Source of the DNA: Paraphysomonas bandaiensis | Taxonomy: Eukaryota > Protista > Chrysophyceae | Assembly (NCBI GenBank): GCA_965644295.1 | Contig: CBFFRP010000219.1 | Coordinates: 179,834 to 243,833, forward strand | Direction: 5' to 3' | Length of the DNA stretch: 64,000 nucleotides | Part shown: positions 50,903 to 63,197 of the stretch, piece after piece | How positions within the stretch are numbered: position 1 is the stretch's first letter | Layout of the letters: each line of letters opens with the position of its first letter | Position numbers and translations under genes: made by a program | Notes under the pieces: model-generated | Database searches by the model: none | Told to the model about the DNA's origin: nothing | Seen by the model: only the letters and a program-made list of their open reading frames with translations

Positions 50903-52208
50903 CTCTGCGATATATCAGGGCCAGCGCCAGGGCGAGGATATAGGGGAGTTAGAGGGTATTAGCGTTAGTGTGTGTTATATATTGATACGTATATATGTAT
51001 GTACAGTATATAGAGCTATGGGCTGTAACGGATCAATAGCATACACATTAAGAGAAGATTGCTGCCCCACATATTCATCCTCAACACAGGGATATCTACG
51101 TTAACATACCCGACGGAATGGGGTGATCAAGACTAACAGCTCCTCTCGTATATTATCATATGAGATTACCTGTAGAGTAGTACACTGTCAGATGTATACA
51201 TACACACATATATACGTACGACAGTATAGGTATGTACGTATACAGGACAGCACAGACTCCCACACTGTACGCTTGTATTCAAGGCCTATAGGAATACGTC
51301 AGTTATCCTAACACCAGGGTATGTATTCCCCTGTATACAAAGAGTATTCTGCGTTGCACACTATGGACGTGTGTGCTGGACACATTGTGTCCATACAGTG
51401 CCATGTAGAGATAGATTCTAGGCACGAGTAAGTATATCTTGAGTGGCCCATTACGAGGCATAGATTGTGATGATTACAATACGCTGTATGACTGCCTTTT
51501 GCGGCGCCAATCAAAACCTAACTAGATCTACATAGCACATTAAAAGGGGATAAGGATGGCTAAGACCTAAGACATATATCGTTACACATACACATATCAT
51601 TGTCAGGTCTACAAATCCTTCAAAATCTATGCGTGTTAACAACGAGTCTCATGTATTCCTATTAGCTTAAATGAGGTGGCTGATTGTGTGAAGATTGCGA
51701 AAATTCTGAGTTAGATAGAAATGTGTGAGGGCCTACTCAATGGCCGCAGGGAATGGGATTCTGATTTATATCCTGAGGAACTGAGAGAAGATCATGGTTA
51801 ATAGCGTCTGTCTTGAATAGGTGGAATGATTTATCTAATTGGAAACATGATGCAAACTGCAATTAAAGAAACTTAACGAACTAAAGAAGCTGGATATTTA
51901 CCAAGTGTAGTATCCATATGCCAACAAAGAGCAAGGCTCATAAACTGTAGAATCAAGTCTTATCTTCTAATATACAGCATAGTTATTAAGTTAGTAATCA
52001 ATGGCTAAAAATCAATGAAATCCTCAATGTAAATGTAGTGACCTCAACATAAATATATTACTAACAGTGGTAGCCTTCATAAGCTCCTTAACTTCGAAAA
52101 CCGTCACATCGAATTCAAGGAAGAGTTCTTGAGCTACGAAACAACTTTAAAAATACTAGATCTGAAGTATTGGGTATGACACCAAATAGGAAATTAGAAA
52201 TTCTTTAT

Positions 52209-53321
52209 TTATAGTACAACAGATAGTGGAATACAATTCTCCCATATTCCTAGCTCCCCAGACCCAGTTTGATCCACCCATCCGCGAATCATACCGAGAG
52301 AGTTAAAGCGCATTACCGGCGTTCCAGCAGCATCGACAGCTACTAAGCCGCCAGTAAGCGGAGGAAGGGAGGAGATGACGTCCTGTGCAGCCTGACGTAG
52401 AAGAGATCTAGTGTACAGCATGCGACAGTGCAGATCATGGGCCACCACATGTCTCATGAATTCTTCACCTTTTCCAGTGCAGCTAACGGCACATGTTTGG
52501 TCATTAGCATAATTTCCAGCCCCATTTATTGGGCTATCTCCCATTCTACCAGAAAGTTTGTTTGTCATGCCGCCTGTACTTGTTCCTGCAGCTAAATGAC
52601 CTGTCCACGATAAACGTCAGTACTACTTCGTCAAGAACCACAAGTGTGCAACATATGAACACAGCAAAACGATATACGACCTTTGTAAAGACATACACAC
52701 CCCACAGTACCGAGGCTAGATTCGATGGGCGAATCAGTAGTTGATGATACGTTTGGTTTGATCAGATCGTGATCATTAAATGTACCTGAGACAGAATAAT
52801 CCTCATTAACATTCCTTCAAGACTATATTAACACCTTCTATCTCCTTCGCTAATTTCAACTGCTCGTATCGCGGGATTGTGTCGAAGTAGTTGGGGGGAA
52901 CAATATCAAAGTTGTGCTTTTTGGCAAGCCTCTCTGCTCCGTCACCAACCAAGCAAACATGACAAGTTTTTTCCATTACTGTCCTCGCCAGTGAAATTGG
53001 GTGCTTGATATGTTTTATCATTGACACCGCACCACACTTTAGGTCCGCACCACTCATAAGTGATGCTTCCATCTCATGTGTTTCATCTGCAGTATACACA
53101 GCACCATATCCTGCATTAAAATTAGGATCATCCTCAAACAGACACACAGCAAATTCAACAACATCAACCGCTCCTATTTCACTATTAGAAAGATTTTCCT
53201 TTGCATACTGAAACGTCTTATCGGCTATAACTCTCAGAGAGCTGTAGTACCTCTCAGGGTCAACACTTCGAGGAATAAGACCTGCCCCTCCGTGAAACAC
53301 AATCGTAAACTTATCCTCCAT
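52209..53321 (-). CDS. Isoaspartyl peptidase / L-asparaginase (type 2, Ntn hydrolase), multi-exon
   Basis: IVFHGGAG, FEDDPNFNAGYGAV, EMEASLMSG, GTVGCV, AAGTSTGGMTNKLSGRMGDSPINGAGNYA, SCTGKGEEFMR, FNSLGMIRG. Confidence 0.93.
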
Positions 53322-53483
53322 GATGCACGAGGCATTGCGTTTATTCTATGGGAGAATATAGAGTATCTTATCGCTATATACGCGACTAGAGGCACCTTCT
53401 GTTACAACACATGATCCTATCCACATCTGTTCCAGCCATATCCAGATACAGATACTCTCCACTGTGCATATGGTTTATGTATC

Positions 53484-53890
53484 ATGTATGGTATGTATGT
53501 ATGTATGTATGTATGTATGTATGTATGTATGTATGTATGTATGTATGTATGTATGTATGTATGTATGTATGTATGTATGTATGTATGTATGTATGTATGT
53601 ATGTATGTATGTATGTATGTATGTATGTATGTATGTATGTATGTATGTATGTATGTATGTATGTATGTATGTATGTATGTATGTATGTATGTATGTATGT
53701 ATGTATGTATGTATGTATGTATGTATGTATGTATGTATGTATGTATGTATGTATGTATGTATGTATGTATGTATGCATGTATGTATGTATGTATGTATGT
53801 ATGTATGTATGTATGTATGTATGTATGTATGTAGGTATGTATGTATGTATGTATGTATGTATGCATGTATGTATGTATGTATGTATGTAT
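53484..53890. repeat. (TATG)n microsatellite, ~400 bp
   Basis: Directly visible. Confidence 0.99.
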
Positions 53891-54008
53891 ATGAGTGTAT
53901 TGGTGGATGGGAGAGGGGTGGAGTGTGTGCGGTGTGTTTGTATCGAGGTGTTGTTGTTCTCATACATCCAGTGCAGTAGATTATTTCTAAAAATAAAAGT
54001 TATTAGCA

Positions 54009-54476
54009 ATGGTGAAACACGGCACTCAAAGAAAGAGAAGGTATGGCGTTAAAGTAACTCGTAGAGGTGCAAAGAATAAGAATCTAAAGATCAAGAATGC
54101 TGTAACTGACCCCATAGTAAAGTCAAAGTGGAATAGCAAAATATCTCCTAGAGAGAACTTTGCTGCACTAGGATTGGAACCAGATCCTAATAGTCATAAA
54201 AGTTCGGAGCATAAAACTGGTAAAGATGCTGCATTTTTAGGGTTTGCTACTTTACCAGAGACCCCCAATCCAGACCACAACCCGAAGAGAAACCCCATGT
54301 CCGAAGATGACCAGAGATATATTGTTAAGTGTGTGAAAAAGTATGGAGAGGACTTTCGCAAAATGTCATTCGACATTGTTGTAAATGATAGGCAATTGAC
54401 AGAACATAAGCTTTCAAAGATGTATGAGAAATTCACATCATTGGCTCCTGAGAGAAGAGTCGTCTCTTTAGAGTAG
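54009..54476 (+). CDS. NOP16: Nucleolar protein 16 (60S biogenesis)
   Basis: Basic N-terminus, WNSKISPRENFAALGL, MSEDDQRYIVKCVKKYGEDFRKMSFDIVVNDRQLT. Confidence 0.85.
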   Translation: MVKHGTQRKRRYGVKVTRRGAKNKNLKIKNAVTDPIVKSKWNSKISPRENFAALGLEPDPNSHKSSEHKTGKDAAFLGFATLPETPNPDHNPKRNPMSEDDQRYIVKCVKKYGEDFRKMSFDIVVNDRQLTEHKLSKMYEKFTSLAPERRVVSLE

Positions 54477-54641
54477 GACAAATGTAACCTTGCACCAGCA
54501 AGACATATATTTTGAATATGTAAGATACGAATGGAATAATAATAAATTAAAATATATTTTGTCTGTGGATAGATAGACTGTCTTTAATTTGTAACATTTC
54601 ATGAGACATTTGAAGTGTGAATACGTGTGGATATGTTGGAA

Positions 54642-55446
54642 CAGGGATAGGGAACAATATATTGCAATACTATTGTTAGGTAGCGTTCCATCAATAGTAT
54701 TGATGGATTTTTTAAACCGGCCCTACAATACTATTGCAATATATTGCAATATATTGTACAATATATTGCATCATATTAGTATGACTAATCAGTAAGTAAA
54801 CACATCCGTAGTTTTCATTTTTAGTACTTGCCATATTTTATAAGGTCTAAGGTCACTTGATAATCAAACCCACTACTCTTAACTAATTAAAAGTTTCCTC
54901 ATACTCATCCTCTGAGCCATCATCGGTGACATCATCATGACCATATTCATTCAATATTGATTGAAATATGCTTGCATTCAATATTGATTGAAATATGCTT
55001 GTTCGGGACACCTTCGACCGGACTCCAAAAACAGCGGTAAATGTCCCTACTTTTGTATGCACTCATCATTCAGTTGTCTCTTCTTATCACTATAGGATAT
55101 ATATACTATATTAAGAGAAGTACTGTACATACATGTGGAGAGGTGTAGAGTGCTGTTTGAGCTGGCGATACATAAAAAATAGAAAATAACATAAAAAATA
55201 GGCTTTTTTTCTTATTTTCCGGATATTTGTATACAGAGGCGTATATTTTGCACCATACAGTTAAGGATCTTCTCTTATATGACTATCATAATATTGATTG
55301 CAATATATTGCAATAGTATTGTGAGCTCTATTAACAGAAACACTATTGATGGAATATTTGACCAATCCACCAATCAATATATTTTACAATATATTGCAAT
55401 ATATTGTACAATATATTGCAATACAATATATTGTTCCCTATCCCTG
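54642..55446. mobile_element. 805-bp non-autonomous hAT-like element
   Basis: TIR cagggatagggaacaatatattg at both ends; 8-bp TSD tgttggaa (54634-54641, 55447-55454); subterminal caatatattg repeats. Confidence 0.92.
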
Positions 55447-58400
55447 TGTTGGAATACGTATGGTTCTCTAAGATAGTACTGTAGAATACGTTAAATACAA
55501 TGTGAAAAACAGTAATACGTAGTCAATAGTCAAAGGTGCTATATAGCTATAACTGTGAAACTGAAGTATTATATCATGACGATTCAAGATACGGAAGTTG
55601 AGCAGTGGTTGACATGAACGAAATAATTTATCATGTTGTTGACATGTGTTACATGACAACACACACAATTGTGTATACAATCATAATAAAGTAATCTATC
55701 TAGTTTGACTAACTTAAACTTCTCTTACAACGATCTTAATCATCTGAAAATGGTCATTAGTCAACATGGTAGCGAATGCGGAGGAGAGAAGGAGGATAGA
55801 GCTGATGTTCCATGGTTCGACGAGAGCAACGTTGAACAATGGATCGAAGACTTTGAGACGTTCCTTATGAGAAAGGAGCAGAGTGAGGTGGCTCTAGAAA
55901 GGCCACCAGAGGAAGAGGATTTCGGAATTCAACCCCTGAATAGTCTTGAGACCAAGTCCTACAAAGAAGCGGTGGACAAGTATTGGAAGGCGAATGCAAT
56001 TGCTTACTCATACTGCAGAGAGGCGGTGAAGCGATCTCCGAAGGCGCTGCAGAAGTTTCATCTGAAGCACAAGGAGTTCAAGGCAGCTGAAGGAAGAGTT
56101 AATAAGTTCAGCGCCAGAGAGATGGTTAGCACTCTTAAATCGTGTTTTGAAGGGGGAACACAAAACAAGATTAGTGCTCTGCTTGCTCAGTTTGGATCAT
56201 TCGAGATGAAGCCAGGGGAGACCGCGAAAGAGTATGTACTGCGTTTTGAGCTGCTTCTTCGTGAACTTCAGGCGCATAACCAAACGGTAACGGAAGAATC
56301 AAAAATTAGTAGGCTGAAGGAGGGAATTATCAGTGATGAATATGACGGTTTGAATTATGCCCTGTATTTAATGCCCGATGATGTACCATATGAATTGCTA
56401 TCCAAACGTATCGAACAGTTCGACGACACCAAGTATGGGAGGAAAATCATAGAGAAGAAGCGCAAGAGCACGGAGGAGCTGAATCATATTGAAAAGCCTC
56501 GAAAGAAAGAGAGAGTATCTACAAAGAGGAAGTGCACTTATTGCTCGAAGAAAGGTATAATACACAATCATAATACAGAACAATGTAGGAAGAAAAAGGG
56601 GGAAACGAAGGGACAAAGACCGGGCAGTAAGGAATATACAGGATGCAGAGTATGCAAATCCAAAAACCATCGCGCGAACGAATGTCCCCGAAATTCGACT
56701 GGAAAGACCAAGAAACCCCAGAAATCTGGGAAGGTTTTCACATTCGAGAATATCCGCAGAGGAGGAACCGAGTCTGACTCGGAGTCCGAAGCGAATATGC
56801 TTTATGACTGTGCTGTTGATATATATGATAAAAGTGACACATGTTGTATGATTGGTACTGCTGAACACTATACATACATAGATACATGCTGTTCATCATC
56901 AATGTTCTTAATGAATGATGTGACCATGCTTGACACTCATATGAATACATCAAAGGTGATAAACGGATCTAAGAAGGGATCAGAGATTCATATCACAAGT
57001 GTGGGTTCCCGTGGAGCATGGAGAGACATAGAAATTTCAGATCAGATCAATCGATGCCTGTGCTCCGGACGTAAGCTGAACGAAATGGGCTATCGATTCA
57101 CGGTGTGGTATGGGATCCAAATTTATGACTGTAATACCGGTGAGCTGGTACTGGAGGGACCCATGAAGAATGGAATGACTGCAGTTCCAACTCAGCAGCT
57201 GTTGGAGCTTCCAGATGTGTCTACACCGAGTAATTGTGAAGTAAATCTTAGCGATAGGACTGGTGAGGACGAGCTGGAACTGCTGCATCGGAGAATGGGC
57301 CATTTCAACAAAGGGGCTCTAACGGAGGCACATAGAAGGATGTTGTTCACTGGCTCAAATCTGCAGAGGAAGCACCTATCGAAGACTGCATTAAAAAAAT
57401 CTTGTCTCTGTAGCATATGTGCCAGATCAAAGATTACGAGAGTTTCGTTTCACACAAAGGAGGATACGGATGTCAAGCCGGACATATCGGCTGATGTGCA
57501 AGTATTTCTGAATACTCCCGCTCGAGGTGATGAGCGCTACGTGATCAAACTAACTCATCACCCGAGTAGGATGTTCTGGGTAAAAGGCGTAAACCAGCGT
57601 ACTAAAGAAGAAGTGATTCAGTTTTTTAGAGAGGTGTTCGAAGGAGAGATTAGGCAATATAAGCTGAGAGTGGACCACTACCACGCTGATGGAGCTGGAG
57701 AACTCATAAATCAAGAACTTAGGAGCTATTTGAGATCACAAGGCTGCTACAAACATACTTGGTCTTCAACAGATAGTCCGGAAATGAATGCAGTAGAGGA
57801 GCGAAAATTCAGGACTGCATCAGAGATGGCGTTGGCGATGTTGTTGCAGTCAGGCCTACCGGTTCCATTCTGGTTAGACGCGTATCATGCTGCTCGCTAT
57901 ACACTGATCAGACTCCCTACAAGGACGGACAGAGGATACATGTCCCCATATGAGTATGTCACGGGTCAGCCACCCAGTTTGAAATATTTTAGAGTATGGG
58001 GGTGCAAAACTTATATATTGACACCTAAGGCGGATAGGCGAAAGGACTGGGACGATAAATCAAAGATTGGATACCTAGTGGGATATTCGGAAGATAAAGT
58101 TGGATACCAGGTGTATCTCCCAGCAACCGATAAGGTAATTACGTGTGTACACATACTCACAGATGAGAGTATACCTTCCCGCACCGAAGAATATTACGCA
58201 GAAATCGACGCTCTCCGAGTACGAACAGCACCTAGACCAAAGACGGTGAATGATTATCAGCATCTCGTGAAGACTTTTCACATAGACGATGAAGACGGGC
58301 TGTTGTACAAGACCACCAGAGTGGTAGAAAGAAAGGGTGTCGTTGTTGGTTATCGGTCACTTGTAACTGCGGGGAGAACCCACATTGAGCAGAAGGTACC

Positions 58401-60926
58401 CATACATATAGAAGATGTTCAGGTAATGACAAGGAATACGCCTGGATACACGGGATATACGGGAACGAGGGACGCCTCTAGTACCACTGATGGACGGAGT
58501 ACGTCCACTATCCCAGCGCCTGAGAGCCATCAGGAGCAGCTAGTTAACCATGGTATTATTCAGGGAGCACCTGATGAAGATATGACTCAAGGAGTACTTG
58601 ATGAAGATGCAGCTCAGGGAGTACCTGAATATACTGATACTATAAATTCTAACAGTACTAATACCCTACAGAGAGTATCTAAAAGGGATGCAGAGAAACG
58701 TAAGCGTTTACGGAGGAGGCTAGCTAATGCTTCAGTGTTAGGAGAAATTAACATGATAGAGGTAATGGATGCCGATGTAAATGTCATGGATTCAGAGGAG
58801 AGTACTGAGAATAAACACGTCCATGAACCGAACAGTTTTCTAGAGGCGGAGAGGTCCCCTCAAGCGGACGAATGGAGAACAGCCAGACGAATAGAGAAGA
58901 AAGCTCTTTTACGAAGAGGCGTTTTGAAGATAGTACGTCGACCATCTGGGGTCAAATTAATCAGATGTAAGTATGTTCACAAACTCAAGCGTGACATACT
59001 AGGCAACATACAGAAGTATAAAGCTCGACTAGTCGCACTAGGAAATCTTCAGGAGAAAACTGAGGAGGAGCCATCTACATTTGCACCGGTCGTAAAAGGG
59101 ATAACTATCAGGCTCGTGATTGCAATTGCTTTTATGTTCCATATGCATGTACACCAGCTTGATGTCAGTTCTGCATTTTGTTATGCAAATTTAGATGAAG
59201 ATGTCTACATGTACCCACCTCCAGATGAGGAGCTCAGCAATGGATGGTGCTTTAAACTCATCAAAGCACTATATGGTTTACGAGCCTCACCGCGTCAGTG
59301 GAATCGCCACATCGATAAATTCATAAAGTCAATGCAGTTTAGATCATGCGTGTTAGATACCTGCTTATATTATCGTTGGCACCAAGGCAAACTTACGTTA
59401 TTACTCCTGTATGTAGATGACATCATTATCGCATCTGTGGATTTTGAATTCCTTGTTTTTGTCAAGAACAAGTTCTGCCAAACGTTTGAAATGAGGGACA
59501 TGGGAGAGTGCCAAAGTTTCCTAAATATTCGAATCACGAGAGGCGAAGACTGGTTCAAACTAGATCAATCGAAGTATGCGGAGAAAGTGATTCAGAAATT
59601 CAACCATGTCATGGGAAACAGTAGAAAGAATAAGGAAGCTCCGTTGCCATCAAATGCACAAGAACTACTAGCTGCAGAACGGGAACTTACATCAGAACAG
59701 GAGGAATGGGTCTCAAAATTTCCGTATCGTAGTATTATTGGAGCAATCCTGTATCTCGCACTCCACACAAGACCAGATCTCGCCTATGCAATCGGACTAC
59801 TATCGAGATACAGCAGTAATCCTACATACGCATCGTGTCGTTTAGCTATTCATTTATTGAAATATTTGAGAGGCACCACCAGCAAAGGAATCAAATTCAG
59901 TGGGAGTAAGTTTGATTTACATGTATTTAGTGATGCGGACTGGGCAGGTGATATACTAACGAGACGTTCAACTACCGGTTATATTGTATTCTTATGTGCT
60001 GGAGCAATCGCATGGCAGTCCAAACTGCAGACTACAGTTGCAACTTCCAGTATGGAGTCCGAGTATATGGCAGAATATGCGGCCATGCAAGAACTGGTGT
60101 GGCTACGGGGGGTGTTACGAGAGCTAGGACTCGCATTGACGAAGCCAACCCCATTCTTCATGGACAGCAAGAGTGCAAAAGATCTGTCAGAAAATCCAGT
60201 CTACCACAAAAGATCAAAACATATTCAGATAAAGTACCACTGGGTTCGGGAACACGTAAATGGAAGGTTTCCTACAGCCAGATTGATTCATGTATCGACT
60301 AAGGATATGGCGGCCGACATATTTACAAAAGCGTTATCTACAAAGCTCTTTAAACTCCATGAAGAAACTATCACAGGGGAAAAGAGGAGCATTTCAAATG
60401 AAGTTGAGAAGAATCAGAAGAAGCGGTTCAAGAAAGGTTAAGGGTGTGTTTTTAGTGGGTAAGAATCCCACATAACTGTGTTACAGCGAAGTGTGATGTT
60501 CACAGTATCTTTATGAAGATTTTCACATCCGTTTTATCCTAAGATGACTAGATGATATATATAGCTGCAGTATAACGACGATTACTCGTTTCTACATTGA
60601 GGAGGAGTGTTGGAATACGTATGGTTCTCTAAGATAGTACTGTAGAATACGTTAAATACAATGTGAAAAACAGTAATACGTAGTCAATAGTCAAAGGTGC
60701 TATATAGCTATAACTGTGAAACTGAAGTATTATATCATGACGATTCAAGATACGGAAGTTGAGCAGTGGTTGACATGAACGAAATAATTTATCATGTTGT
60801 TGACATGTGTTACATGACAACACACAAATTGTGTATACAATCATAATAAAGTAATCTATCTAGTTTGACTAACTTAAACTTCTCTTACAACGATCTTAAT
60901 CATCTGAAAATGGTCATTAGTCAATA
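55447..60926 (+). mobile_element. Full-length Ty1/Copia LTR retrotransposon
   Basis: LTRs 55447-55766 and 60608-60926 differ, as far as I can see, only by a 1-bp indel and terminal CA/TA. PBS tggtagcg at 55767; PPT gaggaggag before 60608. Confidence 0.97.
55750..60441 (+). CDS. Copia gag-pol polyprotein, uninterrupted
   Basis: Zinc knuckles CTYC..H..C and CRVCKSKNHRANEC; protease YIDTCCS; HRRMGH..CSIC; integrase ADV..HADGAGE..AVEERK; RT YKARLVA, QLDVSSAF, LYVDD; RNase H DADWAG, SMESEY, ADIFTK. First ATG (55750) lies inside the 5' LTR. Confidence 0.96.
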   Translation: MVISQHGSECGGEKEDRADVPWFDESNVEQWIEDFETFLMRKEQSEVALERPPEEEDFGIQPLNSLETKSYKEAVDKYWKANAIAYSYCREAVKRSPKALQKFHLKHKEFKAAEGRVNKFSAREMVSTLKSCFEGGTQNKISALLAQFGSFEMKPGETAKEYVLRFELLLRELQAHNQTVTEESKISRLKEGIISDEYDGLNYALYLMPDDVPYELLSKRIEQFDDTKYGRKIIEKKRKSTEELNHIEKPRKKERVSTKRKCTYCSKKGIIHNHNTEQCRKKKGETKGQRPGSKEYTGCRVCKSKNHRANECPRNSTGKTKKPQKSGKVFTFENIRRGGTESDSESEANMLYDCAVDIYDKSDTCCMIGTAEHYTYIDTCCSSSMFLMNDVTMLDTHMNTSKVINGSKKGSEIHITSVGSRGAWRDIEISDQINRCLCSGRKLNEMGYRFTVWYGIQIYDCNTGELVLEGPMKNGMTAVPTQQLLELPDVSTPSNCEVNLSDRTGEDELELLHRRMGHFNKGALTEAHRRMLFTGSNLQRKHLSKTALKKSCLCSICARSKITRVSFHTKEDTDVKPDISADVQVFLNTPARGDERYVIKLTHHPSRMFWVKGVNQRTKEEVIQFFREVFEGEIRQYKLRVDHYHADGAGELINQELRSYLRSQGCYKHTWSSTDSPEMNAVEERKFRTASEMALAMLLQSGLPVPFWLDAYHAARYTLIRLPTRTDRGYMSPYEYVTGQPPSLKYFRVWGCKTYILTPKADRRKDWDDKSKIGYLVGYSEDKVGYQVYLPATDKVITCVHILTDESIPSRTEEYYAEIDALRVRTAPRPKTVNDYQHLVKTFHIDDEDGLLYKTTRVVERKGVVVGYRSLVTAGRTHIEQKVPIHIEDVQVMTRNTPGYTGYTGTRDASSTTDGRSTSTIPAPESHQEQLVNHGIIQGAPDEDMTQGVLDEDAAQGVPEYTDTINSNSTNTLQRVSKRDAEKRKRLRRRLANASVLGEINMIEVMDADVNVMDSEESTENKHVHEPNSFLEAERSPQADEWRTARRIEKKALLRRGVLKIVRRPSGVKLIRCKYVHKLKRDILGNIQKYKARLVALGNLQEKTEEEPSTFAPVVKGITIRLVIAIAFMFHMHVHQLDVSSAFCYANLDEDVYMYPPPDEELSNGWCFKLIKALYGLRASPRQWNRHIDKFIKSMQFRSCVLDTCLYYRWHQGKLTLLLLYVDDIIIASVDFEFLVFVKNKFCQTFEMRDMGECQSFLNIRITRGEDWFKLDQSKYAEKVIQKFNHVMGNSRKNKEAPLPSNAQELLAAERELTSEQEEWVSKFPYRSIIGAILYLALHTRPDLAYAIGLLSRYSSNPTYASCRLAIHLLKYLRGTTSKGIKFSGSKFDLHVFSDADWAGDILTRRSTTGYIVFLCAGAIAWQSKLQTTVATSSMESEYMAEYAAMQELVWLRGVLRELGLALTKPTPFFMDSKSAKDLSENPVYHKRSKHIQIKYHWVREHVNGRFPTARLIHVSTKDMAADIFTKALSTKLFKLHEETITGEKRSISNEVEKNQKKRFKKG

Positions 60927-61207
60927 TGGCTCGTGGTGTCCGAGTTCTCTTCCTTCCACCATATTCATTTGACCTGAACCCTATTGAACGAGTTTTTCAT
61001 TTAGCTAAACATTATATTCGTAATCATTGGGGAGAAGTGTCCATGGACCATCCACTGAAAGAACAGTTTGAGGAAGCGTTATTCAACTGTGTGACACCTT
61101 CCATTGGCTGCCGTCTATATATCAAGATGCTGGGTTTACTATTAGCAACGCCGATATTGCCTGGGTTAAAGAATATGAAATTCCTGAGTAGTTATGGTAC
61201 TCCATAG
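60927..61207 (+). pseudogene. C-terminal fragment of a Tc1/mariner/IS630 DDE transposase
   Basis: VRVLFLPPYSFDLNPIERVF, cut off at its 5' side by the Copia 3' LTR. Confidence 0.8.
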
Positions 61208-61355
61208 CTATGTAATGCTAGTTTTACGTGGAAATAGGTTAATGGTTAATTTAGCTATGATGTATAACAGAAGTTGACATTATTTGCTAAGGTTTACTAT
61301 ATTCTCAACTGATAAGATGAAATTATAAACATTACATGATAAAGAACCTAAGTTG

Positions 61356-62228
61356 TGTTCGATGTGTTCAACACCATTCATTTACTACTATAGTCTACAA
61401 ACCACACACTCAGTGATCGTATCCTGTATAGTCACCCACTTCTACTTCAGTTTCATACTACACAATATAATGTACTAATTACATATATATCTTTCGATCC
61501 TTGCATATCTCACATAATACTGCACTCAATTGCAAGTATATAGAATCTTCAGATCTCAACACTCCCCCTCAATTGAGTGTTGTACTATGACGCCTCCCAG
61601 CTATTGAATGCCTGAGATAAAAAAATTCTTGACAGTAAAATAGACTCATCTCTAAGTCTAAACCTCTGTCTAAAAAACTCAGTACCTACTTGCGTCTTCT
61701 TTTATCCCTTGGTCCCTCATTAATCACTTCAGTGGAACTCTTAATTTTCTCTCCAAGATTTCTCTTTCTCTGCTCCATATATGATAAACCAACCAATGAC
61801 TTTGTATAAATATCTGCTGCTTGTTGCGATGTATGCACATGCACTAACTTAATCGTATTGAACTGATTGGGATCCACGTGCTCTCTCACCATGTGATACT
61901 TAATCTCAATGTGCTTCGACTTCTTGTGAAACACTGGGTTTTCGGCCAAATCCTGGGCACTCTGACTGTCGATGAAGAATGGTGTGGGTTTGATGAGCCT
62001 CAACTTAATCTCACCCGTCACCCCCCGAACCCATAGCACTTCTTGGAGACCCGAGTAAATACACTGATACTCAGACTGCATGCTTGACGTTGCCACTGTC
62101 GTCTGCAGTTTGGACTGCCAGACTATAGGCCCTCCCGCTGCAAACCCAACGTACCCCGACGTGGACTTCCTGGAGAGCTGGTCTCCCGCCCAATCCGCGT
62201 CAGTAAACATATGGAAGTCGAACCGTCT
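61356..62228 (-). mobile_element. Truncated second Copia element (RNase H, PPT, 3' LTR; left boundary uncertain)
   Basis: FTDADWAGDQLSRKSTSGY..WQSKLQTTVATSSMQSEY..ADIYTK, related to but distinct from the intact element. PPT gagggggag then tgttgag starting at 61561 on the minus strand. Confidence 0.85.
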
Positions 62229-62987
62229 TGCAATGGAACTCAGGTTGGGACCTGAGAGCCAAACTCTAAATAAGCTAAAACTCGCTTTAACAGAGAGAAT
62301 GCTGCTTATTATTAACCTATACTACTTCTGCAGTACTAAATGCTTCTCGGCACCCCAAGAAACTAAAGCACAACTCACCAGCTATGCAGTTCAGTACTAA
62401 ACAGAAAAAGTGACGAGCTACAACAACCAACAAAGAGAGAACAAGCTTAACTAAACACACACAGAGAGAGGGGGGGGGGTCTTCGACCCTAGCCGTGTTA
62501 ACCGTGACCATAAAAACTATTAATTTATACTGACCCTTACCCCTATGGTATCGCTGTGTATCACGTACAAGTGCTTCCAATATTGTACATTACATTTTTT
62601 TATACACTTTTTTACATAAAAAATGTCGTGTCACCTTTCACAATAAAAAATGCAAAAAAAATATTATTTTCACAAATTTTGCAACAGTATACACAACATT
62701 TTTTACAACATTTTTCTTAAAAAAAAACTTTTTTCTAAAAAATAAATATCAGAAATAAATATTTTCAACAAAAATGTCAAAAAAAATGCAATCAAAATAA
62801 AATAATACTATACATAATACCAAACGATAGACCGACCCTATTAACAAACGATAGACCAACCCTGACTTAAACACCGAACAATTACAACAGATAGACGGAA
62901 CAACAGACCTGTTTAACACTATATATAGACATGCCGTATTTTACTCCCTATTATCCTGTAAAAAAATATATACACCTATTATATATA

Positions 62988-63161
62988 ATGCCAAAGAAAC
63001 AAGCCCAAGTAAACAAACTGATTAATAAAGCTTTGAGAGCAACAGTAAACAAAGCAAAACAAGACGTAACCAAACACGCAGAGAACAAGCGTAAGGAGGT
63101 AGCCAAGAAGATAAACAAAAAGGCCACATCTGTGAAAAAAAGAATTAAGAAAAAGCTTTAA
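62988..63161 (+). CDS. Small Lys-rich basic protein, possibly viral
   Basis: MPKKQAQVNKLINKALRATVNKAK..KKRIKKKL; the ATG is embedded in TATTATATATAATG, identical to the next ORF. Confidence 0.5.
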   Translation: MPKKQAQVNKLINKALRATVNKAKQDVTKHAENKRKEVAKKINKKATSVKKRIKKKL

Positions 63162-63197
63162 TTTATTTAAATTATTATATAACACATATTATATATA

